From assembly GCA_963761335.1 (NCBI GenBank), contig CAVXGR010000017.1:224001-288000 (forward strand): a stretch of DNA of 64,000 bases, written 5' to 3'. The stretch comes from an uncultured delta proteobacterium. GTDB lineage: Bacteria > Desulfobacterota > Binatia > HRBIN30 > BPIQ01. Below, in pieces: positions 9,965-18,232 of this stretch. The translations under genes and the position numbers were made by a program. The notes beneath the pieces were generated by a model that searched no databases, was not told the origin of the DNA, and saw only the letters and a program-made list of their open reading frames with translations. Positions within the stretch are counted from its first letter, which is position 1. The number at the start of each line of letters is the position of its first letter.

Positions 9965-12013
9965 TCAACGGGGGCGCAGCTCGGCGAGCTGCGCGGCGAT
10001 CTTCTCCATGGGAAGGGCGCGCTGCGGTGCCTGCAGCAGGCGGATCTCGGGCTTGTGGGGCGCCGCCTCGCGCAGGCGGGCACGTGCCTGGCCGAGCGCC
10101 ATGAGCGGGAAGTAGCTGCGGTACATGTCGTAGCGAAGGTAGAAGTGGCGCGGGAATCCCGTGCCGGTGAACAGGTCCTCGTCCCAGGATCCGTCCTCCG
10201 TCTGCGCCCGCAGCAGATAGGCGACGCCGCGCAGCGCCTCCGGCCCGATGCCGGGCTCGCCGGCGAGCAGACCGAGAACCGCCCACGCCGTCTGCGATGG
10301 CGTCGAGGCGCCGCGCCCCGCCCAGCGCTCGTCGTCGTAAGAGCGCAGCGATTCTCCCCAGCCGCCGTCGGCGTTCTGGTGATCCTTCAGCCAAGCGACG
10401 GCGCGCCGCACGTGCGCCGCGTCGAGATCCTCGCCGATGGCCCGCAGGCCGGCCAGTGCCGACCAGGTCCCGTAGATGAAGTTCACGCCCCAGCGTCCCC
10501 ACCACGAGCCGTCGTACTGCTGTGTGCGCAACAGAAACTGCTGCGCCCGGCGGGCGCGGCCGAAGCGCAGATCGTAGCCGCTGCTGCCCATGAGCTCCAG
10601 CAGCCGCCCGGTCAGGTCTTCGGTGGGCGCGTCGATCATCGCCTCCATGTCGGCAAAGGGAATCTGGTTGAGAAACTCGGAATCGTTGTCGGTGTCGAAG
10701 GCGCCGTAGCCGCCGTTGCGGCTCTGCATGCCGAGTGTCCAGTTGAGGCCGGCGGCCACCGAGCGGTCGCGACGGCCGGGATCGCTCGCGGTGATGCGCT
10801 TGAGGACCATGAGGATGACCGCGGAGTCGTCGACGTCGGGGTACCAGTCGTTGGCGAACTCGAACGCCCAACCGCCGGGCTCGAGCGCGGGCTTGTAGAC
10901 CTGCCAGTCGCCGGGCGCGAAGATCTGGTTGTCGATCAGCCAGTCAGCGGCGCGGCGCAGGGCGGGGTGCTCGGCAGGTAGCTCGGAGTCCAGGAGCGCC
11001 TTGGCGGCCAGCGCCGTGTCCCATGTCGGCGAGACACACGGCTGAAAGAAGAGCTGGTCGTCGCGATCGACGAGAAAGTCGTCGATCGCCTGGATTCCCT
11101 TGGCGACCGCGGGGTGGTCGTCGGCGTAGCCGAGGGCGCGCAGCGCCATGACCGAGTTCACCATCGCCGGCTGAATGCCGCCCCAGCCACCGTTGCGGTC
11201 CTGGTGCGCGACGATCCACTGCTCGGCGCGCCGCAGGGCGCGCTGCCTCCAGGGGCGCCAGGGTGTCCGCGCCAGCAGCTTGAGGGCGCCGTCGACGGCG
11301 AGGAAGAAGTTGCGCCAGGTGATCCACTCGCGGCTGGGGGCGAAGGACAGATCGGCCGCGGACGGCGGGCGGCGCCAGAGCTCGCTCACGCCGCAGTCGG
11401 CCTCGATGGCGATCGACGGTCGCTTGGCCATCAGCACGGTGAGCGGCACCACGGTTCCGCGCGCCCAGCTGGAGAAGGCGTAGATGTTGATCGGGAACCA
11501 CGGCGGCAGCAGCACCAGCTCCACCGGCATGGCGGGAAGACCGCTCCAGGGGAATTGCCCGAAGTAGGCGAGGAAGGTGCGTGTGAAGACGCCGGCGCGG
11601 GCCAGGCCGCCACTCTCCAGAATGAACTCGCGCGCCCGGCGCAGCGGCGCCTCGGCGGCGTCGCGGCCGACGAGCTTGAGGGCGAAGTAGGCCTCGATGG
11701 TGTTGCTCACGTGCCCCGGGCCGCCGGCGTAGAGAGGCCAGCTGCCATCCTCCGACTGGGTCGCCAGCATGTGCTCCGCGAGGCGCTCCTCGAGCGCCGC
11801 CGGACGCCGGCCCATGAAGCGGTTGAAGAAGACGTACTCTGCGTCCATCGAGACGTTGGCCTCGAGCGGCGCGTGCCAGAATCCCTCGGGGCTCTGCCGT
11901 CGCAGGAACCACTGCTGGCTGGCGCCGATGCCGCCCTCGAGGGCGGCGCGAAATGCATCCCCGCGCTCGAGCGGCGCGGCGCCTTCAAAGGCCAGGTGAC
12001 TGTTGCGTTCCAT
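9965..12013 (-). CDS. shc: Squalene-hopene cyclase
   Basis: QW repeats (QxxDGSW), QPCVSPTWDTA, catalytic YPDVDDSA (DxDD), GTGFPRHFYLRY. Confidence 0.97.
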   Translation of the reverse strand: MERNSHLAFEGAAPLERGDAFRAALEGGIGASQQWFLRRQSPEGFWHAPLEANVSMDAEYVFFNRFMGRRPAALEERLAEHMLATQSEDGSWPLYAGGPGHVSNTIEAYFALKLVGRDAAEAPLRRAREFILESGGLARAGVFTRTFLAYFGQFPWSGLPAMPVELVLLPPWFPINIYAFSSWARGTVVPLTVLMAKRPSIAIEADCGVSELWRRPPSAADLSFAPSREWITWRNFFLAVDGALKLLARTPWRPWRQRALRRAEQWIVAHQDRNGGWGGIQPAMVNSVMALRALGYADDHPAVAKGIQAIDDFLVDRDDQLFFQPCVSPTWDTALAAKALLDSELPAEHPALRRAADWLIDNQIFAPGDWQVYKPALEPGGWAFEFANDWYPDVDDSAVILMVLKRITASDPGRRDRSVAAGLNWTLGMQSRNGGYGAFDTDNDSEFLNQIPFADMEAMIDAPTEDLTGRLLELMGSSGYDLRFGRARRAQQFLLRTQQYDGSWWGRWGVNFIYGTWSALAGLRAIGEDLDAAHVRRAVAWLKDHQNADGGWGESLRSYDDERWAGRGASTPSQTAWAVLGLLAGEPGIGPEALRGVAYLLRAQTEDGSWDEDLFTGTGFPRHFYLRYDMYRSYFPLMALGQARARLREAAPHKPEIRLLQAPQRALPMEKIAAQLAELRPR

Positions 12014-12061
12014 CTGCTCGCGATCCTCCTCTCGCCGCGCCTGCCGGCGTCCCTCGTTTCC

Positions 12062-13012
12062 TCAGCGTCCTTCCGGATCGCCCACGGCGGCCGCAAAGGC
12101 CCGCGTGCCCGCGGCCGTGAAATCGGCGGCGAGCCGCCGGGCGGCGCCGTCATCGCCACACAGGGAGATCACGGCGCCGCCGCCACCACCGCCGGTGAGC
12201 TTGCTTCCCAGGGCGCCGCGACGCATGGCCAGCGCCACCATCTCGTCGAGCTCGTCCGTCGATACTTCCAGGCGGCGGAGAAGCTCGTGGTTCTCGCGCA
12301 TGGCGGCGCCGAGGCCGCCGTGGTCACCGCCGCCGAGAGCCGCCTCCGCGGCGGCGGCGAGTGCGCCGATGCAGTCGAAGAGCGGCTCACACTCGCCCGG
12401 ACTCTGCTCCCACCGCCGGCGCAGCCGGGCCACGGTGGCGGCGGTCCGCCGCGGACGGCGACCGATGGCGATCACCAGCGACAGCGGCCGCGCCGGATGC
12501 AGCGGGCGCGGCTCGGCGCCGCGGCGGAAGCACAGCAGCCCGCCGTAGGTGGCGATGGTGTTGTCGATTCCGGAGGGATGTCCGTGGAAGATCTTCTCGA
12601 TCTCGAAGGCGTGGGCGCAAATGCTGTCGGGGGCGGCGTGGCGCCCGGCGAGCGTGTGCAGCGCCCGCATCAGGGCAACGCTGAGCGCCGCCGAGCTGCC
12701 GAGGCCGACGCCGGCCGGGAGAGTCGAGGTTACCGAGATGTGCAGGCCGTGCGCAGGCAGCCCGGCGAGCTCGGCGCCGCGCCGCAGCGCCTGGTCGAGA
12801 AGCCGCCCGGCGGCGCCCTCGTCCCCGGGGCGGGGCGTCGAGGGCGTAAGTCGCGCCTCGACCTCGACGCGGTCGCCGACGGCGGCCGCGAGTGCCGGGC
12901 GCCCGTACACCACGGCGTGCTCGCCGAGAAGGATCACCTTCCCCGGGGCGCTGCCGTGGCCTGAAGACGTCAGTGGCTCGGTCCGAGCCAGGGCAGCGAC
13001 GGCCACAGTCAT
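12062..13012 (-). CDS. mvk: Mevalonate kinase
   Basis: APGKVILLGEHAVVYG, PAGVGLGSSAA, FHGHPSGID, SKLTGGGGGG. Confidence 0.93.
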   Translation of the reverse strand: MTVAVAALARTEPLTSSGHGSAPGKVILLGEHAVVYGRPALAAAVGDRVEVEARLTPSTPRPGDEGAAGRLLDQALRRGAELAGLPAHGLHISVTSTLPAGVGLGSSAALSVALMRALHTLAGRHAAPDSICAHAFEIEKIFHGHPSGIDNTIATYGGLLCFRRGAEPRPLHPARPLSLVIAIGRRPRRTAATVARLRRRWEQSPGECEPLFDCIGALAAAAEAALGGGDHGGLGAAMRENHELLRRLEVSTDELDEMVALAMRRGALGSKLTGGGGGGAVISLCGDDGAARRLAADFTAAGTRAFAAAVGDPEGR

Positions 13013-14310
13013 GCGGCACCGTCCAGGCGGAAGGACTCGAGGATCTGGCGCGCCTTGTCGAGCTTGATCTCGCCGGAGGCGATCAGGCGGTCGATGACCA
13101 GGTCGACGAGGGCATCGGGAGCGCCGGCGGCGACGGCGAGCCCGCGGGCGTGCAGCGCCATGTGACCCCGCTGGATGCCGTCGGTCACCAGGGCGCGCAT
13201 GGCCGCGAAGTTCTGGCCGAGGCCGACCGCCGCCATCACCATGGCAAGCTCGCGCGCCGAGGAGATGCCGAGCAGTCGCAGCGAGAAGCGCACGCGCGGA
13301 TTGAGCTCGAGGTTGCCACCGACGATGGCGACCGCCAGCGGCATCTCGATCGAGCCGACGAGCTCGGCGCCGTCGATGCTCCACCGCGTGAGCGGGCCGT
13401 AGCGGCCGTGGCGCGCCGCGAAGGCGTGCGCGCCGGCCTCAATGCCGCGCCAGTCCTGCCCGGTGGCGATGGCGACGGCGTCGACGCCGTTCATCACTCC
13501 CTTGTTGTGGGTGGCGGCGCGGTACGGGTCGGCCTCGGCAAAGGCCCAGGCCTCGACCAGGCGCTCGGCGACCATCTCGCCCGAGCAGCCGTCGCAGTCG
13601 AGAAGAGGGAAGGGAATGCGCACGCCGGCACGGGCGAGGCGGCGGTCGGCGAGGTTGGAGAGAATGCGCAGGCGGACCTGCCCGCCGCTGAGCTCGGCGA
13701 CGCGGGGCGCCAGTGCTTCGGCCATGGTGTTGACGGCGTTCGCCCCCATGGCGTCGCCGACGTCGACGAGGAGATGCAACACCAGCATCGGGCCACGGGG
13801 CGTCTGCGGCAGCCGCCGCACCTCCGTGCCGCGAGCCCCGCCGCCGCGCCTGGCCATGTTCGGATGCACGGCGTTGGCGGCGGCGACCAGCTCGCTCGAG
13901 GCCGCCTCCAGCCGCGCCGCCGCCCGCTCGATGTCGGGGACCTCGACGAGCTGGATCTGCCCGATCATCAGCGGCGCATCCGCCTCGGCGGAGAAGCCTC
14001 CGGCGCGGCGCGCCGTGCGCGCCGCGTGGCTGGCGGCGGCGATCACCGACGGCTCCTCAATGGCCATGGGAACCAGGTGATCGCGTCCGTTGATGAGGAA
14101 GTTGAGACCCACGCCGAGGGGAAGGCCGACCACGGAGACGGCGTTCTCGACCATGTGGTCCGCCACCGCGAAATCGAGAGGCGCCGGGCTGCGGATCTCG
14201 GCGATCTCCGCCTCGCTGAGGGACGAGCGCTCGGCGAGCCGCGCCAGGCGCATGTTGCGCTCCAGTCGGTAGAAGCCCTCGATGCGCGAGCCCTGATCTT
14301 CACTTCGCAT
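13009..14310 (-). CDS. mvaA: Class II HMG-CoA reductase
   Basis: SRIEGFY, VPMAIEEPSVIAA, DAMGANAVNT, RAATHNKGVMNG, GIQRGHMALH. Confidence 0.95.
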   Translation of the reverse strand: MRSEDQGSRIEGFYRLERNMRLARLAERSSLSEAEIAEIRSPAPLDFAVADHMVENAVSVVGLPLGVGLNFLINGRDHLVPMAIEEPSVIAAASHAARTARRAGGFSAEADAPLMIGQIQLVEVPDIERAAARLEAASSELVAAANAVHPNMARRGGGARGTEVRRLPQTPRGPMLVLHLLVDVGDAMGANAVNTMAEALAPRVAELSGGQVRLRILSNLADRRLARAGVRIPFPLLDCDGCSGEMVAERLVEAWAFAEADPYRAATHNKGVMNGVDAVAIATGQDWRGIEAGAHAFAARHGRYGPLTRWSIDGAELVGSIEMPLAVAIVGGNLELNPRVRFSLRLLGISSARELAMVMAAVGLGQNFAAMRALVTDGIQRGHMALHARGLAVAAGAPDALVDLVIDRLIASGEIKLDKARQILESFRLDGAA

Positions 14311-15397
14311 TGTCGACCTCGGTGCCGGGAGCGGTGCAATCGACCCAGGCGCGCAGTCGCTCGCCCATGACCAGCGGCTGCGCCGCCAGCGCCGCGAGCG
14401 TGCGCGAGCCGGTCAGCAGCATTGCCGTGCGCAGCCCGTCGACGAGCTCGTCCACCAGCTCGACGGCACCGTCGATGCCGCCGCTGCGATAGGCCCGATA
14501 GACGGGTAGGGCGGCGCCGCAGAGCGTGGCGCCCAGGGCGATCGCCTTCGCCATCTCGAGCCCGCTGCGGATGCCGCCACTGGCGATGAGCTGCAGGCCG
14601 GAGCCGCGCAGCATGGCGAGTGAGGCGGCGGTGGGAATGCCCCAGGAGGCAAAGGTCTCGCCGAGACGGCGGCTGCGCGCCGTGCCGCGCAGGGTCTCGA
14701 CCCGCACCCAGGAAGTGCCGCCGGCGCCGGAGACGTCGACGGTGTGGACGCCCGCCTGGCGCAGCCGCTCGCCGACGCTGCGCGAGATGCCGCATCCGGT
14801 CTCCTTGGCGATCACCGGCATCTCGAGCTCGGCCGACAGGCGCTGCAGAGTCGCGTAGCCGTCGCGGAAGCTGCGATCACCTTCGGGCTGGATCAGCTCC
14901 TGCGCCGGGTTGAGATGCACGCACAGGCCGTCGGCTCCGACCGCGGAGACCAGCTGGCGCAGCGCCTCGGTCGCCTGCTCGCCGGCCTGATTGATGCCGA
15001 GGTTGGCGAGGATGACGGCGTTGGGTGCGAACTGGCGAACCGCGAAGGTCCAGGCGGTACGCGGCTCGCGCTGCATCACCCGCTGGCTGCCGAGGCCGAA
15101 GGCGATCTCGCAGCGCTCCGCCACTGCCGCGAGGTCGCGGTTCACGGCGAAGGCGTCGCTGGTGCCACCGGTCATCCCGGTGATCAGAAAGGGAGCGCGG
15201 AGGCGCTTGCCGAGAAACTCGACGCCGAGATCGAGATCCTCGAAGGAGAGCTCGGGAAGGGAGTTGTGGACGAAGTCCACTTCCTCGAACAGGGTGCTCT
15301 TGCCGCGGTACTCGACCTCCTCGGACTGGCAGAGATCGAGGTGGGAGCGTTTGCGCTCGCGGAGCGGGCTCGGTGGGGGTGCTTTAGGTATGGGCAA
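14300..15397 (-). CDS. fni: Type 2 isopentenyl-diphosphate isomerase
   Basis: RKRSHL, GMTGG, LGSQR, HLNPAQE, KETGCG, GAGGTSW, SGGIR; TTG start with AGGAG upstream. Confidence 0.94.
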   Translation of the reverse strand: MPIPKAPPPSPLRERKRSHLDLCQSEEVEYRGKSTLFEEVDFVHNSLPELSFEDLDLGVEFLGKRLRAPFLITGMTGGTSDAFAVNRDLAAVAERCEIAFGLGSQRVMQREPRTAWTFAVRQFAPNAVILANLGINQAGEQATEALRQLVSAVGADGLCVHLNPAQELIQPEGDRSFRDGYATLQRLSAELEMPVIAKETGCGISRSVGERLRQAGVHTVDVSGAGGTSWVRVETLRGTARSRRLGETFASWGIPTAASLAMLRGSGLQLIASGGIRSGLEMAKAIALGATLCGAALPVYRAYRSGGIDGAVELVDELVDGLRTAMLLTGSRTLAALAAQPLVMGERLRAWVDCTAPGTEVDNAK

Positions 15398-16409
15398 TGT
15401 CGACTCCTGTGTCGGAGATACGGAGATCCAGTGGAGTGATCCCGGACGTGCGCCAGGCATCGCGGATGCGATCCGCCGCGTCGGCGTCGGCGGTGAGGGC
15501 AATGCCGCAGTCGCCGCCCCCGGCGCCGGACACCTTGGCGCCGGCGCCCTCGCGGCGGGCGACGGAGACCAGTCGTGCCAGCCGCGGGGTCAGCAGCGGC
15601 AGCTCGAGCTGCACGGCGAGACGCTCGAGGGCGCGGCCGCCGGCATTGAGGGCCTCGGCCGCCAGGCGGCGCTGCTCCAGGGCGGCGACGAAGCGATCGA
15701 CGGCGGCGCGGCTGGCGGCGAGGAACAGGGCGACGGCGTCGGGGTTCTCTTCTCCGGCGGCGCGGTAGCGGCGGACCAGATCGGGCGTCGACGCCGCCTC
15801 GCCGCTCCAGCCGGCGAGAAAGGCGATGCCCGCCGGCAGCGGCAGGCGCTGCGCCGCCGGGGCGGCCCCGGGGCGCGGCTGCAGAGCGAGCACGCCGCCG
15901 TAGACGCTCGCGGCGACGTCGGCGCCGCTGCCGACGTTGCCCTGGGCCTGGCGATGCGCCGCCACCGCTACCGCGTAGATGCGCTCGCGAGCCGGCGGCG
16001 CGGCATCTCGGCTGCCGGCAGCGAAGAGCGCGGCGACCACGGCCGCGGTCACCGCGGCGCTGCTTCCGAGGCCCGTCTTGGCGCCGCCGTTTTGTTGGAG
16101 ATCATTGGTGATGATGATCTCCATGCCCGCCGCCGCCAGCTGTGGCAGCTCGGCGACCGCATGGTGATAGCCGGCGAGGGCGAAGCGCAGCAGCTCATGG
16201 GGCGGCGTCGCCTGTCCTGCGGCAAACTCGACAGATGCGGCGAGCCCCGGCGCCGAGATGCAAACCCGCGAATCGCTCCGTCGCCGCAGGGTCACCTCGG
16301 CGCGGCGATCGACGGCGGCGACCACGGCGCGGCCGCCGCTGAGGATGGCGTACTCGCCGAGGACGAAGAGCTTCCCGGGAGCGCGGGCGACGATGGTGGC
16401 GGGGCTCAT
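15384..16409 (-). CDS. Phosphomevalonate kinase (GHMP/ERG8-type)
   Basis: APGKLFVLGEYAIL, KTGLGSSAA, AHRQAQGNVGSGADVAAS, KVSGAGGGDC. Confidence 0.9.
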   Translation of the reverse strand: MSPATIVARAPGKLFVLGEYAILSGGRAVVAAVDRRAEVTLRRRSDSRVCISAPGLAASVEFAAGQATPPHELLRFALAGYHHAVAELPQLAAAGMEIIITNDLQQNGGAKTGLGSSAAVTAAVVAALFAAGSRDAAPPARERIYAVAVAAHRQAQGNVGSGADVAASVYGGVLALQPRPGAAPAAQRLPLPAGIAFLAGWSGEAASTPDLVRRYRAAGEENPDAVALFLAASRAAVDRFVAALEQRRLAAEALNAGGRALERLAVQLELPLLTPRLARLVSVARREGAGAKVSGAGGGDCGIALTADADAADRIRDAWRTSGITPLDLRISDTGVDIAHT

Positions 16410-17389
16410 GATCGCACCCGGGCGGCGCCTTCTCCGGGACGCGAGAGAAGCACCGCCTGAACGCCGTCGAGGCGACCGATCTCCTCGGCGAGGCGCGGGC
16501 GCCGCTCCATGGAACAGAGGATCTTCACCTGCGGGCCGGCATCGATGGTGAAGTAGGCGTCGGTTCCGCTGTCGCGCAGGCGGCGGACGCGCTCGATGAC
16601 CGCCAGCGTTGCCGGCTTCCAGTAGATGAGGGCGGGATTGCTGGCCATGCACACGGCGTGCATCTTCAGGCAGTTGTGCTCGGCGGTGCGGCCGAGGAGA
16701 TGCAGGTCGCGAGCCGCGATGGCGGCGCGCGCCGCCTCGAGATCGGCGTCGTGGCTCTCCAGCCAGGCGGGGAAGAACGGCGACTTCTTCACCGCCTGCG
16801 CCATTCCCTCGCGCGAGCCGACCGCCTTCGGGCCCGGGTCGGTGACGGCGACGACCACGCCCAGGTCCCAGTGGTCGGCCGACGCCAGCGGCACGGCGTA
16901 GGAGTCGGCGCCGTCGCTCGCCTCTCCCGGCAGCCACTCGGCCCAGCCGCCGTGAATGGAGCGCGCCGCTGACCCGGAGCCGCGGCGGGCGAGGGCCGAG
17001 AGCTCCTCCTCACCGAGCTCCAGCTCGAGAGCTCCGGCCGCAGCCAGAGTGAGGGCGGCGAAGACGGACGCCGAGGACGCCAGGCCTGCGGCGACGGGAA
17101 AATTGCTCTCGACGAGCACCTCGAGGCGGTCGCTCCGCCGGGCGCGGTGGCGCACCAGATCGAGGAAACGCGACACGCGCGCCGACTCGCGCGCCGCGGC
17201 CGCGCCGCCCTCGAAGTAGATGCGGTCCGCGCCGGGGCGATCGAGCGTCTTCACCCGGGCGGTGGTGAGGAGGCCGTCGAGCGTGACCGAGATGCTGCCC
17301 GTGTAGGGCAGGTTCAGCTCCTCATTGCGCTTGCCCCAGTACTTGACCAGAGCCACATTCGCATTCGCCCCTGCCGCCGCCTCGCTCAT
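16406..17389 (-). CDS. mvaD: Diphosphomevalonate decarboxylase
   Basis: NVALVKYWGK, GLASSAS, ARRGSGSAARS, YFTIDAGPQVK. Confidence 0.94.
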   Translation of the reverse strand: MSEAAAGANANVALVKYWGKRNEELNLPYTGSISVTLDGLLTTARVKTLDRPGADRIYFEGGAAAARESARVSRFLDLVRHRARRSDRLEVLVESNFPVAAGLASSASVFAALTLAAAGALELELGEEELSALARRGSGSAARSIHGGWAEWLPGEASDGADSYAVPLASADHWDLGVVVAVTDPGPKAVGSREGMAQAVKKSPFFPAWLESHDADLEAARAAIAARDLHLLGRTAEHNCLKMHAVCMASNPALIYWKPATLAVIERVRRLRDSGTDAYFTIDAGPQVKILCSMERRPRLAEEIGRLDGVQAVLLSRPGEGAARVRS

Positions 17390-17588
17390 CTTATTAACCG
17401 CCTGGTCAGCGCCATCTCGATCAAGTGCCAATGGACTACTGCAGAAGGTCGATCCTGCCTCGAAAGCCCAGGTTGAGATCGCCCTACGGGTCCTGACCGA
17501 CCGCCCTAAACCGCTCGGTCAGGCGTATAGAGCTCCGCACCTGCCTTGTCAAGATCCCATCGGCTGGGAGCGCCGCCGTCCTCGTTGG

Positions 17589-18126
17589 CGCGGGTTATCG
17601 GGCTGATCGGTTGGCGTCGCTCGATGAGGGATCGGCCGGCAGGTCTGCGCTGTTCCGTTTGCGCCCCCGTGATGTTAGCCGGGGGTTTCAGAGGCTGTCT
17701 CAAACTAGTGTAGAAGCGCCGTCCCGGCGCTTTCCGAAGCGGCGAGACGCCGCTTCTACTTTGCCCGCGGGGGCGGGCGGAAGCGTCTTGCCCCGGTCGT
17801 GGGAGAGTGTAGAAGCGCCGTCCCGGCGCTTTCCGAAGCGGCGAGACGCCGCTTCTACTTTGCCCGCGGGGGCGGGCGGAAGCGTCTTGCCCCGGTCGTG
17901 GGAGAGTGTAGAAGCGCCGTCCCGGCGCTTTCCGAAGCGGCGAGACGCCGCTTCTACTTTGCCCGCGAGCCGGCGAAAGTCGTCTTGCACAGGGTATTGA
18001 GACGGCCTCTGAAACCCCCGGCTAACATCACTGGAGCGCCGCAGGCGAGTACATCAACCCTCCTTCGGGCAGTCTCCCCGCCGAGCGACGCCAACTCCCG
18101 AGGCACGCCCAACCCGATAACCCGCG
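17589..18126. repeat. Nested inverted-repeat element enclosing a 99-bp tandem array
   Basis: Outer arms 17589-17602/18113-18126 and 17610-17623/18082-18095 (each 14 bp, perfect); inner arms 17669-17703/17997-18031 (34/35); three GTAG cores inside. Confidence 0.88.
17710..17957. repeat. Tandem array: 3 x 50-bp GTAG-REP core, period 99 bp, identical linkers
   Basis: Cores start at 17710, 17809 and 17908; the two 49-bp linkers are identical. Confidence 0.92.
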
Positions 18127-18232
18127 GTACACATTATGGGCAGAATGGGCAGATTGTTGTGCAAGGCCTCCGATCTCCGCTATCTGTTACAGCCACATGA
18201 CAGAACGAAGCGGAAAGAGAGAATATGGAGAG

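Noticed and set aside
9965..12013. Oxidosqualene (sterol) cyclase, given the MVA pathway
   Set aside because: Has the DxDD motif of SHC rather than DCTAE; no squalene epoxidase; hpnGH present
17455..17466. CTGCCTCGAAAG resembling the cassette left end
   Set aside because: One mismatch, lacks the following TTGGGT, and no matching right-end hairpin downstream
17710..17957. CRISPR array
   Set aside because: Linkers are identical rather than unique spacers, the 50-bp core is REP-like, and no cas genes are present
17611..18000. ORFs on both strands across the tandem array
   Set aside because: By-product of the 99-bp period; no recognisable protein
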